This document shows, piece by piece, positions 19,082 through 29,776 of a stretch of 30,642 nucleotides of DNA. The notes below the pieces were generated by a model. The model searched no databases. It saw nothing but the letters and a program-made list of their open reading frames with translations, and was not told where the DNA came from. The stretch is from Candidatus Firestoneibacteriota bacterium (GTDB lineage Bacteria; Oederibacteriota; D2-FULL-39-29; JBDRBU01): the NCBI GenBank assembly GCA_043822305.1, contig JBDRBU010000102.1, forward strand, positions 1-30,642. Reading direction: 5' to 3'. Position numbers and translations under genes: made by a program. The first letter of the stretch is position 1; each line of letters begins with the position of its first letter.

Positions 19082-20464
19082 ATGAAAAAAGTTAAATTAA
19101 TATTAATATCAGTTTTTATGCTTTTGATTGTATTTTCGTGTAAGAATTCACAACAGCATAGTGTTAATGACAATAAAGCAATAAAAAGTAAGAACGAAAA
19201 AATAAATAAAAATAAAGGAAATAATCTTTCAGAATATCAACATCAGTATGATTTAGGTTATAATTATTTAATAAAGAAGGAATATGATAAAGCTATATAT
19301 ACCTTGACTAAAGCAATAGGATTATACCCAACCAATATAGCTTATTATGATAGAGGCAATGCTTATTATTATAAAGGAGAAATTGATAAGGCAATAGATG
19401 ACTTTAATAAAAGTATAGAAATAGAAAAAAACTTTTATCCACCTTTTATAGGTCGTGGCAATGCTTATTTTTGTAAAGGACAATATGATAAGGCAATATC
19501 AGATTATACTTTCGTAACACATTGTATTGATGATGAAATGATTTATTTTGCACGGGGTATTGCATATAAAAGAATAGGAAAGAATGAAAAAGTGGGACAA
19601 GACATTAAAAAGGCTAAAGAGATAAGTATGGGTTTTTATAGTTCAATGGAAGGGGAAGTTTATGTTAAAAAGAATATACAAATAAAGGATCATATTGGGT
19701 TTTGTAGCCGTGGACATTATTATGCATATATAAAAGAATATGATAAAGCTATTGCCGATTTTAACAAAGCGATAGAACTACTCCCAAATTACACCTATTG
19801 TTATTTTCTTAGAGGTATAGCATATGAAGGAAAAGGGGAAAAAGAGAAGGCAGAAAAAGATTTTAAAAAAGTAGAAGAACTAAAGTTTAATAAACAAAAT
19901 AAACTTCCAAAGCCTGATGTTCAAAATAAATGTTCTTGTGAATGGCGAGAATTTGAGAAGATTCTAAAAGAAAAGATTAATCAAATTGGGCCAGAAATAT
20001 TTGAAGAAAAGATAGGTAATCGCTTAAGCAGTTATTTTACACCTTTTGAAATAAATTGTGTAAAAGAGTTTAAATCTAAAGTTGAGGAATTACTTTTAAA
20101 TTATTTACAAAAACAATCTGATAATGCATATGGTGCAATATATATTCTGGCTTATATTAAGTCGCGCCGTGCTTTACCATTACTTCGTCAGCAATTGTTG
20201 AAGGATCGATTTTTTTATGGTTGGGAGGGATATGACTATAAGGACGAAAAGGCGTATCTTTCTGATAATCAATATCCTCATCACTTAGCATATATTGCAG
20301 CTGTTGAAGAAATTACTGGACTTTCAATTGTAAAAGCTATAAATCTTTCACAAGAAGAACGAGAAAACCTAGAAAAAGATGCATTACTTGCAAAACCAGA
20401 TGTTTCAAGTACGAAATATTATTGTGCAAAGTGGTTATTACTAAAACTAACATCAAAGAAATAA
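19082..20464 (+). CDS. TPR-repeat lipoprotein with uncharacterised helical C-terminal domain
   Basis: Lipobox VFS-C; several TPRs ('AYYDRGNAYYYKGEIDKAIDDFNKSIEI', 'EYDKAIADFNKAIELLP'). Confidence 0.85.
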   Translation: MKKVKLILISVFMLLIVFSCKNSQQHSVNDNKAIKSKNEKINKNKGNNLSEYQHQYDLGYNYLIKKEYDKAIYTLTKAIGLYPTNIAYYDRGNAYYYKGEIDKAIDDFNKSIEIEKNFYPPFIGRGNAYFCKGQYDKAISDYTFVTHCIDDEMIYFARGIAYKRIGKNEKVGQDIKKAKEISMGFYSSMEGEVYVKKNIQIKDHIGFCSRGHYYAYIKEYDKAIADFNKAIELLPNYTYCYFLRGIAYEGKGEKEKAEKDFKKVEELKFNKQNKLPKPDVQNKCSCEWREFEKILKEKINQIGPEIFEEKIGNRLSSYFTPFEINCVKEFKSKVEELLLNYLQKQSDNAYGAIYILAYIKSRRALPLLRQQLLKDRFFYGWEGYDYKDEKAYLSDNQYPHHLAYIAAVEEITGLSIVKAINLSQEERENLEKDALLAKPDVSSTKYYCAKWLLLKLTSKK

Positions 20465-20529
20465 ACCTATTATTTTTGAGAAAAATACTTTATTCTAATT
20501 CTTTGAAGTGGTAAGGTAAGGGAAAGAAG

Positions 20530-21252
20530 ATGAGAAAACTGATATATTTTGTAATAGTAGTAGTTTTTGTGGTTGGAGTAATTCCAACTAATGCTTTTTC
20601 TGAAGTAATAGTAGAAAAACAATATTATTCTACATCTGAAATAAAAGTGAGAGCTCTGATATTCTATAGAGATGGAAAAGAAATTGCAAGAAAAGTATTT
20701 GATATAGATGGTAACATTAAAGAAGTTATAGGAAAAATTCCTGATGGTATAGCAATAGAATATCGTAAGAATGGAAAAATAAGAGAAGAAAGGAGTTATA
20801 AAAATGGAGAATTAAACGGATTGAGTAAACAATATGATATTAATGGAAATAAAACAATAGAAGGAATTTTCAAAGATGGGAAGTTAGAATTAACGAGAAA
20901 ATATGATACGGAAGGGAAACCAAGACTTGAAAGTAATTATAAAAACAATAGACTTAATGGTGCAACAAAAAAATATTACGATAACGGAAAGGTTATTGAG
21001 GAAATATACAAAGATGGTAAAAAAATAAAATATGAAGGAGATGCGAGTATGGATATATTAAATAAGATAGGTTTGGTTCTTAACATTATTGGTTCTCTTC
21101 TTATTGCTTTTTCTTTTGGAAAGCATCTTGGAGGAGCCTATAACTTGAATAGAAAAGGTAAAAAGATTTATATGGTATCTTTTAAATACCCCAAGATGTT
21201 TTGGGTGGGAGTAATTATCCTTGTAATAGGTTTTATTATACAAATAATATAA
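20530..21252 (+). CDS. Secreted MORN-variant repeat (YwqK-like) protein, apparently fused to a small 2-TM protein
   Basis: Signal peptide; 'YKNGELNGLSKQY..NG', 'YKNNRLNGATKKYYDNGK'; internal GAAGGAG + ATG at 21049. Confidence 0.75.
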   Translation: MRKLIYFVIVVVFVVGVIPTNAFSEVIVEKQYYSTSEIKVRALIFYRDGKEIARKVFDIDGNIKEVIGKIPDGIAIEYRKNGKIREERSYKNGELNGLSKQYDINGNKTIEGIFKDGKLELTRKYDTEGKPRLESNYKNNRLNGATKKYYDNGKVIEEIYKDGKKIKYEGDASMDILNKIGLVLNIIGSLLIAFSFGKHLGGAYNLNRKGKKIYMVSFKYPKMFWVGVIILVIGFIIQII

Positions 21253-21281
21253 TACATAAGCCATTTTATTTAGGAGGATTA

Positions 21282-22337
21282 ATGGATAGAATATTTTTAG
21301 CCATACCTTCAAAAGGATTTGGGTATAAATACCAGAAAGATATTTTAAAAAAACTTTGTGGTTTGGCTGGTTATGAACCATATACACTTGAGGATGATAA
21401 TAATCCACAAAAAAAGATAGAAAAGGTTTATATTGAAGAACAAATTAAGAATAGTCAATATTTTGTTGCAGATCTTTCAAGTGGCCGTCCTAATATTGCA
21501 TTAGAATTAGGTTGGGCTATGAAACTTGAAAATATAAAAGGGATATGTAAAATAATTTCTTCAATTGAACCGTTGTTTAATCAAATTTCTGACCTTCAAG
21601 GAGAAAATTTTCTAATCTATAAAAGTTTTGGAGATTTACAAAAACAATTTACTAAATGGCTGATCGATAATGTTAAACCAATTAAAGATGGGCTAAAACC
21701 ATATATTGAGGATGAAAATCTGAATGTTTTAGATTCGGGTTCTAATCCAACTTTTAAAGAAAATTTTTCAGATTATCAGAGTTTTTCTAAAGATTGGGTT
21801 ATTTCTCCTTCTACAGTATATGGACTTACATCTCAGGGTTTATTAATATCAGGTGGATTGCTTCCTGTTATGACAAGAGTTTTATTAGCTGAAAAATATA
21901 TTTTTAAGATGGATGTAAGAATTGTGAATAAATATGTTGGGATATGCTTTCATGGAAGCATTTCTTCAGTTGGAATCCCTAGTTCATTCTATATGCTTAA
22001 TCTGGATTTAAAACAAGAAAATAATAATTTAACAGTTGTTCCACATATATTTGTTAATGGAAATTATTATAAATTTAAAGAAAAAAATATACAGATTATA
22101 TTGGATGATGACAGTTTTATGAATTTATATATAGAAGCAAAAGGACCACTAATTACATTAAAAGATAGTAATAATTTAAATAAAAATATCACTTTTAATT
22201 TTATAGAATATGGGAATAGAATTTTGCCAACTTTTCAATCAGGAAATATAGGTTTTAGGTGTTCTGGTTATCAAGAAGATATTCAGGGATGTGAAAAGGC
22301 ATTAATAAGAAAAGTGGAATTATGGATTAAATCATAA
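21282..22337 (+). CDS. Nucleoside 2-deoxyribosyltransferase/TIR-like domain fused to a ConA/DUF1080-like beta-sandwich
   Basis: AGGAGG RBS before ATG 21282; 'IFLAIP...I..S.YFVADLS..RPNIALELGWA...SDLQG'; beta-rich C-terminus ending 'SGNIGFR...IRKVELW'. Confidence 0.65.
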   Translation: MDRIFLAIPSKGFGYKYQKDILKKLCGLAGYEPYTLEDDNNPQKKIEKVYIEEQIKNSQYFVADLSSGRPNIALELGWAMKLENIKGICKIISSIEPLFNQISDLQGENFLIYKSFGDLQKQFTKWLIDNVKPIKDGLKPYIEDENLNVLDSGSNPTFKENFSDYQSFSKDWVISPSTVYGLTSQGLLISGGLLPVMTRVLLAEKYIFKMDVRIVNKYVGICFHGSISSVGIPSSFYMLNLDLKQENNNLTVVPHIFVNGNYYKFKEKNIQIILDDDSFMNLYIEAKGPLITLKDSNNLNKNITFNFIEYGNRILPTFQSGNIGFRCSGYQEDIQGCEKALIRKVELWIKS

Positions 22338-22499
22338 AAGAATAAATTAAAGAAAATAATTTTTATATTGAGTTTATCTGTAATTGTTAGCTTAAATTTT
22401 AGTTGCCAATCTAATAATACTAACGTTTCTGCCAATTGTAATACAGATAGCGCAAATCAGAAGGAATACATAAAATATGGACTCCAAACACTAATATAA
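22338..22499 (+). pseudogene. Lipoprotein N-terminal remnant lacking a start codon
   Basis: Frame reads KNKLKKIIFILSLSVIVSLNFS-C-QSNN... and stops after 53 codons. Confidence 0.4.
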
Positions 22500-22708
22500 A
22501 TAATAAAATGAAGGCTAGTTGACATAATTCAGACTTATGAGAATAGTAAATAAAGTCTAAAGTGAGTAACCCCCCCACGAATCAATTAAAAATAGTGCAC
22601 CTGACTTTTCGTTAGATTTGATCCTTCATTTTATATTTTATCTCAATTGATTTTTATAAATGTATATAACACTTTTGAGATTTAGACTTTAATTTATTGC
22701 ATTTTTCA

Positions 22709-22737
22709 TTGAATATAAAAAATGATAGTGGTATAAT
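22709..22737 (+). promoter_or_regulatory. Island-borne promoter facing tRNA-Ser 5'-half copy 2
   Basis: TTGAAT-17-TATAAT with TG extension. Confidence 0.65.
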
Positions 22738-22858
22738 AAAAAATAATATTTTAAATATAATATAAATTTTTGGGCACGATTTGGGCAAATTTAAGGTGCA
22801 ACAAATTAGTCAAAAATTGAGGTGTAGAAAAGTATAGAAGATATAAAGAAATTTAGGA

Positions 22859-22900
22859 GGAGGGTTAGCCCTAACTGGTAAGGCACCTGACTTGAAATCA
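22859..22900 (+). repeat. 5' half of tRNA-Ser(TGA), copy 2
   Basis: Identical to 18645-18686. Confidence 0.88.
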
Positions 22901-23146
22901 AATTTAAACGATTTGCTGTTCCCTTTGTTTCCAACAAAATTCTTAATTTATAATAGTTTTTCAAAATAAAACATGTTTACATTTAGTTAGATTTAGTCAC
23001 TTTAAGTCACATTTATGACACAAAAATGTCACAAAAATTTTACTGGGTGTTTGGACGGTTTTATATAAAAACTTCAGAAAAGGTTTTAAATAAATTTTAA
23101 TAAAATTTTGATAGATTTTTTGTATAAAATAATGATATAATTATAA

Positions 23147-23772
<626 letters not shown>

Positions 23773-23820
23773 AGATATTACTGTAAGAATTAAAGTTATA
23801 TAAAGAAAACCATACAGTTT

Positions 23821-26252
23821 ATGAGTAACGAGGAGAAAAACAAAGTACTTTTAGAGAAAATAAAAGTTATCGAATCTCAAATTGATTTACTTACCGAAGA
23901 AAAAAGAAAGATAGTTTATGAGTTGAATAGTTAACTTCATGGAAATTCTAATATTACTCCTACAGGTATCTCAGAAGGCAAAATATTGTTTATGATGAGA
24001 AACATGATACTTCGAAATTTTCAATAACTGAGAGAATAAAATTGTTTAATAGTCTATTTAGAGGACGCAGTGATGTCTATGCACGTTTCTGGAAAAGTAA
24101 AAAGACAGGAAAGACTGGGTATAGCCCTGTTTGTAAAAATGAATGGATAAAAGAGGTTTGTAAAAAGCCTATAATAAAATGTTATGAATGTCCTAATAGA
24201 GAGTTTTCTTTACTAACAGAGGATGTGATACTTAAACATTTACAAGGTGAGCATATCGTTGGGATTTATCCTATGTTAGCAGATGAGAGTTGTTATTTTT
24301 TAGCTGTTGATTTTGATAAAGAAGGATGGATGGAAAATGTTTTTGCTTTTAAAGAGTTATGCTTGCATCATGGTATTCTAGTGTCTGTAGAACGTTCGCG
24401 ATCTGGGAATGGGGCACACGCTTGGATATTTTTTGAAGAGAATGTTTCAGCAATGATAGCGAGAAGAATGGGAAGTTTTTTAATTACAGAAACCATGTCA
24501 AGACGATATCAACTTGATATGAAAAGTTATGATAGATTATTTCCTAATCAAGATACCCTACCAAAGGGAGGTTTCGGAAATTTAATAGCGTTACCTTTTC
24601 AAAAGGAATCTATGAAACAAGGTAATAGTGTTTTTGTGGATGATAATAGTAATCCTCATGTTGACCAGTGGAAATATCTATTAAGTTTGAAGAAAATGAC
24701 ATTTTCCGAGATTGAGAAAATTTCAAAAGAAGTTTCTACAAGTAATCAAGTTGTTGGAATAAAAACAAGTCAAATCAGTGAAAATGAACTACCATGGATG
24801 AAATTGCCATCTGGAAAGAGGAGATATAAACCTGTAATAAATAATTTACCGGATAAAATTGAGGTTGTTATTGCTAATAAAATATATATTAAAGACGATG
24901 GATTACCTTCTGTGCTTTTAAATCTGGTTAAACAATTAGCTGCTTTTCAAAATCCAGAATTTTATAGAAGGCAAAGTATAAGGTTATCTACATCATTAAC
25001 TCCAAGGATAATATGCTGTTCTGAGATTTTAGATGGCTATCTTTCTATACCAAGGGGTTGTATAGACGGTCTCTATTGTTTAATGAATGAATATGGTATG
25101 AAGATTGTTATAAGAGATGAACGAATATCTGGTAAAAGAATCAATTTTAAATTTTATGGGTTGTTAAATAATGTGCAAAAAATCGCCGTTCAAAAAATAT
25201 TAAAAGATAATATAGGAATTTTAGTTGCTCCTCCTGGTGTAGGTAAGACAGTAATGGCTATTCACACTATAACTAAAAGAAAAACAAACACATTAGTTTT
25301 AGTACATCGTAAGCCACTCTTGGAACAATGGCGTAGACAGTTATCTTCATTTCTTAATATTGATTTAAAATGTATTGGTCAAATAGGTGGTGGGAAAAAT
25401 ACTCCAAATGGACTTTTAGATATTGCAATGTTACAAAGTATGGAAAGAAAGGGAATAGTAAATGACAGGATATCTGATTATGGTTTTATTATAATAGATG
25501 AGTGTCATCATATTGGTGCTGTTTCTTTTGAGAGGGTTTTAATGCAAGCAAAAGCAAAACATGTATTAGGACTTACCTCTACTCCATACCGGCGTGATGG
25601 ACATCACCCAATTATTTATATGCAATGCGGTCCAATACGTCACCATATAAAAGTAAAGGATGTTAATCAACAGATTTTTAAGTTTATCGTAATCCCCCCC
25701 AGAGCGACCAAATTCATTTATGAATGGTCAGAGAAATCTAATATTTGTAATATTTGGCCGGAATTAATAAATGACGAACAGAGAAATAAACTAATAGTAA
25801 GTGATATTGTAAAAGCTGTGCAAGAAGGAAGATTTCCAATTATTCTTACTGAGAGGAGAGAGCATCTTGATATATTGGCTCACGAGCTTCATCATGCAAT
25901 TGAACACTTGGTTGTTTTACATGGTGGTATAAAACCAAAAAGGCGTAAAGAAATGTTAAACAAATTATCTAAATGTTCTTATGATAAAAAGAAAGCTATT
26001 TTAGCTACAGGTGCTTATATTGGTGAAGGTTTTGATGCTCCAGCATTAGATGCACTTTTTATAACAATGCCTATTTCCTTTAAAGGAAGAATAGTGCAAT
26101 ATGCAGGTAGATTACATCGACAATACGAAGGCAAAAAAGATATTTGTATTTATGATTATGTAGATAAAGATGTATCGATTCTTGAAAGGATGTATCAGAA
26201 GAGATTAAAGACTTATAAGGCGATGGGTTATAAAATACAAGAGTTTGAATGA
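23821..26252 (+). pseudogene. TOTE-type archaeo-eukaryotic primase + SF2 helicase; 5' end disrupted, main ORF 24042-26252 open
   Basis: LFRGR.DVYA, GIYPML...CYFLAVDFD, ERSRSGNGAHAW, GNLIALP; Walker A APPGVGKT, DECH, QYAGRLHR; coiled-coil start at ATG 23821 hits TAA 23932 and is out of frame with the main ORF. Confidence 0.75.
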
Positions 26253-26288
26253 AAAAAAATTACTTTTTGTATGGATAAGGAATGATTT

Positions 26289-28007
26289 ATGGAGAAAATA
26301 GGATTGGGACCCTTTTTAAAAGAAGTTGAAGAATGTATTAATAATCTTTCAAAGGAAGAAATAAAATCTATGTTAATGGAGAAAGCAAGAAATACGAAGC
26401 CAGATGAAAGACATCTTTTCTTGTCGGAAATCAAATCAGCAATGTTAGATAGGTTAAAAAATAATTCTTCAGTATCACAGGATGGAATTAGTAATAGTGT
26501 TTTAGAGCATGATAAAAAACTTAATGAAAGTGAAAAAGATGTTTTACTAAATGATATTGATGATTTTGTAAAGGAAATAAACGAAGGGGAATATTCGCAA
26601 GGTTGGGGTTGGGATGATGAAATACATGATGAGAGAGAGTTTGGAGATGAAAGTTGGGTAGATGAGATGGATAACTTATTTGATAGGACAGATGATATAT
26701 TTCTATCTGGTGATATGGAAGGCGCTTGTTGTTCTTATGGAAAATTATTGAAAGCCTTTCACTTAGGAGAAGAGTCAGGTCATTTCTCAGGTCAATCATC
26801 ACCAGAAGAAATGGTATCTACAGATGTATCTGAGGCAAAAAATAGGTATTTAAGGGCATTATATGAAATTACTGATAAAAAAAATAGGGCAGAGACTATA
26901 TTTAAAGAGATTGAGGATCTTGCATATATAGGTGCTCATGATTTTAATTTAAATGTAATTGAAGAAGCACTTCCTGCTAAACCGGAGAACTGGGATATAT
27001 TTTTAATGGATATGAAGAAAATTTTACTAAGAGAAGTTATTAAAGATGTAGGGACTAGATGGGGGTATGGTGAAAACAATTTTAATATGGTATGTTATAT
27101 TATTGAAAAACTTGAAGGGATAAAAGGGTTAGAAAAATTTGCAGAAGAATATGGTGAAAAGGTTTACAAAGCATATCTTGTATTGGTAACTAAGTTGTAT
27201 GAATTACAAATGTACAGAGAATCTCTTGAATCTTATCAAAAAGGACTTAAAGTAATTCCAACTCAAAATTTCATTCGGGCACAGATATCTGATTTAGCAG
27301 CAAAATCCGCAGAAAGTATTAAGGATAAAGAGACTGCCTTTAATGCATATAAAGAGGCATTCTTTTCACATCCAAGTTTGAAAAGGCTTCTTGCTTTAAG
27401 AAAAAGCAGTAATGAATTATGCAAGGCTAACATAATGGAAGATGTTGTTGATTTTTTGGAAAAACATCAATGGAAGGGAAGTTTTATTGATAATTCCAAG
27501 ACATTATTAATACAATCTTATATTCTTACAGAAAAATATGATAAGATGTGGGAAGTTACTAAAAAGGAGGAACCTTTGGGATGGTCTTTTGGTGATAATT
27601 CACAGGCAATAGCTGTTCCATTTTTACTAATGTCTTGTGTAAGGAAAATGTCGTTAAAGAGCAATTCTGCTATTAAAAAAGTTTGGGATTGGAATAGGTT
27701 TGATGATGATAAAAGTGACTTCAAGAATATTGTTGAAAGAGAAATTCTATCTAAGGATATTTCATTAGAAGAAAGAATAAAACAAGTAGAATGGGTAAAG
27801 ATAACTATTGAGAAACGGATTGATGCTATAGTGTCTAATAAACATCGTGGAAGTTATGACAAAGCGGCATTACTTCTATTTGGATGCACAGAGACTTTAA
27901 ATATGCTTGATAAATCTGATGAGGCTCAATCTTTTTTTAATAAAATAAAGTTACGATATAATCATTACAGTGCTTTTCAAAGAGAGATAAAGTCTTTACA
28001 AATATGA
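26289..28007 (+). CDS. Large acidic alpha-helical hypothetical protein
   Basis: 572-aa ORF; C-terminus 'IV.NKHR.SY.KAA..L...RY....AFQ.E' resembles the helical tails of SWIM-associated proteins. Confidence 0.75.
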   Translation: MEKIGLGPFLKEVEECINNLSKEEIKSMLMEKARNTKPDERHLFLSEIKSAMLDRLKNNSSVSQDGISNSVLEHDKKLNESEKDVLLNDIDDFVKEINEGEYSQGWGWDDEIHDEREFGDESWVDEMDNLFDRTDDIFLSGDMEGACCSYGKLLKAFHLGEESGHFSGQSSPEEMVSTDVSEAKNRYLRALYEITDKKNRAETIFKEIEDLAYIGAHDFNLNVIEEALPAKPENWDIFLMDMKKILLREVIKDVGTRWGYGENNFNMVCYIIEKLEGIKGLEKFAEEYGEKVYKAYLVLVTKLYELQMYRESLESYQKGLKVIPTQNFIRAQISDLAAKSAESIKDKETAFNAYKEAFFSHPSLKRLLALRKSSNELCKANIMEDVVDFLEKHQWKGSFIDNSKTLLIQSYILTEKYDKMWEVTKKEEPLGWSFGDNSQAIAVPFLLMSCVRKMSLKSNSAIKKVWDWNRFDDDKSDFKNIVEREILSKDISLEERIKQVEWVKITIEKRIDAIVSNKHRGSYDKAALLLFGCTETLNMLDKSDEAQSFFNKIKLRYNHYSAFQREIKSLQI

Positions 28008-28423
28008 TGAATTTTGTTTTGTAAAAATCTTTATACCTTGCACATTATTATTTACTATAATCAAGAACGGTAAAGCATTTTCAATTGTTTCCCATGTCAC
28101 TTGATATGACAGTCGGTTTTTTAAATTTATTAAAGCAGAACGTCCTTGTCTGCTTTCCATATAAATCCCGGTTAACTTTTTAAAAATGTATGTTTCTATA
28201 AATTCTATAGCAACGGTTTTTAAATCCTTATTTTGTTTTGCCTCTTTAAGATAATCCTTGGTTATAGAAACCTTTTTAGTCTCATCTTATCAATTATTGT
28301 AATAATGTCTGGCAAACTCTTTCCAACCAACCAGATACAAATCAATACTATAGTAAATACACTAACATAAGAAGTTGTTTTTAGAATATTTACAATATCT
28401 GAAATGAACTTAAAAAAATCCAT
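27996..28423 (-). pseudogene. Frameshifted membrane-anchored hypothetical protein
   Basis: AAAGGAG RBS + ATG 28423; TM segment; one extra A in the A5 run near 28275 would join it to an open frame (KKVSITKDYLKEAK...) ending at 27996. Confidence 0.55.
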
Positions 28424-28502
28424 GATTATTGTCTCCTTTCCCAATAAGTATATAACATTTTATGGAAATCTTCGATTTCTCTTTTTATCCACGATTAAAA
28501 AT

Positions 28503-28685
28503 TTAGATTTTGGCCGTAACCCCTGTGTTATCTGCAGTCGAATGTCGATGACTTTTGAAATCCCGCAATAATTCATCCGATTTTCTCTTTATATACTGTA
28601 TCTGTATTTCGAGTGATAAGTCTTTTGTCTCCTTGTATTGTTTATCCCGTATCTTCCTAACCATCTCAATTGCTTTTACTGACAT
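28503..28685 (-). CDS. Small putative antitoxin downstream of the PIN toxin
   Basis: 'KAIEMVRKIRD' motif; overlaps the 3' end of the PIN gene. Confidence 0.65.
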   Translation of the reverse strand: MSVKAIEMVRKIRDKQYKETKDLSLEIQIQYIKRKSDELLRDFKSHRHSTADNTGVTAKI

Positions 28686-29139
28686 AGGTTGTTACCTCCC
28701 TTGGAGAATAGATTGATATTATCTTATACCCTTTCTCAAGATTCACAGCATTAAACTGCTGAATTTTATTAAAATTCACGACATGCTGAAAATTCCAACT
28801 TACCAATATGTCTATATTTGCTACAGATGCTAGAGCAATATGCATAGCATCATTTTTATAGTTTTGTGTCAGGATACTATGAGTAAGATAAGATTCGGCA
28901 AGATCTATAACTTCTGTGTTTAAATCAAGAAATTCATGTTCACAATCTCGAAATTCTCCATATATCTTTTTAACCTCATCAGGAGCATCTTTAATCTCTG
29001 CATCCGTAAGAGAAGAAAGAACTAAAGAAAATATACCCATTCTGAAATCTGAAAGAAGTCCTTCAGACCATTCTTTAAATTCAAGGTCACAACAACCACC
29101 AATTACTGAAGTATCAACATAAATTCTAGTTCTTTTCAT
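28666..29139 (-). CDS. PIN-domain (VapC-like) toxin
   Basis: IYVDTSVIGG, S.L...E, DAMHIALA, LVSWNF.H, I.SP.EV. Confidence 0.9.
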   Translation of the reverse strand: MKRTRIYVDTSVIGGCCDLEFKEWSEGLLSDFRMGIFSLVLSSLTDAEIKDAPDEVKKIYGEFRDCEHEFLDLNTEVIDLAESYLTHSILTQNYKNDAMHIALASVANIDILVSWNFQHVVNFNKIQQFNAVNLEKGYKIISIYSPREVTTYVSKSN

Positions 29140-29199
29140 AGTATTTCTTTTTTAACTGGAATCCGTCATATCAAAACCAACTAACCTATTTCTATTATA

Positions 29200-29227
29200 A
29201 TTATACCATAAAAGATGTTTAAGTCAA
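29200..29227 (-). promoter_or_regulatory. Promoter of the PIN TA operon
   Basis: Minus strand TTGACT-16-TATAAT with TG extension. Confidence 0.65.
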
Positions 29228-29308
29228 GAAAAATATTTTGAAATACAGCGAATTTTAAAAAATGATAGCATTTTAAAAATTATTATGCTATAACGATAAA
29301 ATAAGGTT

Positions 29309-29350
29309 GGAGGGTTAGCCCTAACTGGTAAGGCACCTGACTTGAAATCA
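29309..29350 (+). repeat. 5' half of tRNA-Ser(TGA), copy 3
   Basis: Identical to copies 1 and 2. Confidence 0.88.
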
Positions 29351-29541
29351 ATTAAGATGGATTAACCGCTTCTCTTATTTCTACAGTTAAATCCTTGTAT
29401 CACAATGATAAACCTCAGATTGAACCATTTTCAGAGTTAATCAGATTTGGTCTCTTTTTGCCTGTTTTATTACACAGTTTTAGCACAGTTTTGGACTTGA
29501 AATTTTTAAACAAGAAATATGTTGAGAAGTTTTTATAGTAG

Positions 29542-29618
29542 CGGTTTTTAACTTAAATGGATAGAGCAGAGGTTTCCTAAACCTCGCGCTGGAGGTTCAA
29601 TTCCGCTCGGGCCCACCA
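29542..29618 (+). pseudogene. Degenerate tRNA-Arg(CCT)
   Basis: TGGATAGAGC, anticodon arm GAGGT-TTCCTAA-ACCTC, GGTTCAATTCC, CGGGCCC-A-CCA; the 5' acceptor strand (CGGTTTT) does not pair. Confidence 0.75.
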
Positions 29619-29776
29619 AAAAAAAGATTGTATATTCTGAAAAATCCTTTGAAATTCAAAAGAATGTTAATTTTGCGATTTTTCTCACCGGAAAAACATT
29701 TCACACCATTTCACACTTTTTCACCCTTTTTGACATAAATGTAGTCCCAATTTGGTCCCACTTTTTCCGGAACAAG

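Larger units (their letters stand above)
18645..22900. mobile_element. Integrase-less island 1 (~4.2 kb) between tRNA-Ser 5'-half direct repeats
   Basis: Identical 42-bp direct repeats; 24/25-bp arm-like repeat inside both ends (18801-18825, 22768-22792). Confidence 0.75.

Noticed and set aside
21201..21281. Upstream start for the NDT-like gene
   Set aside because: Overlaps the previous gene; a strong AGGAGG precedes ATG 21282
22551..22691. 11-bp inverted repeat TAAAGTCTAAA/TTTAGACTTTA (possible MITE) containing GCACCTGACTT, which matches the tRNA anticodon arm
   Set aside because: Both matches are short and in AT-rich DNA, so chance cannot be excluded
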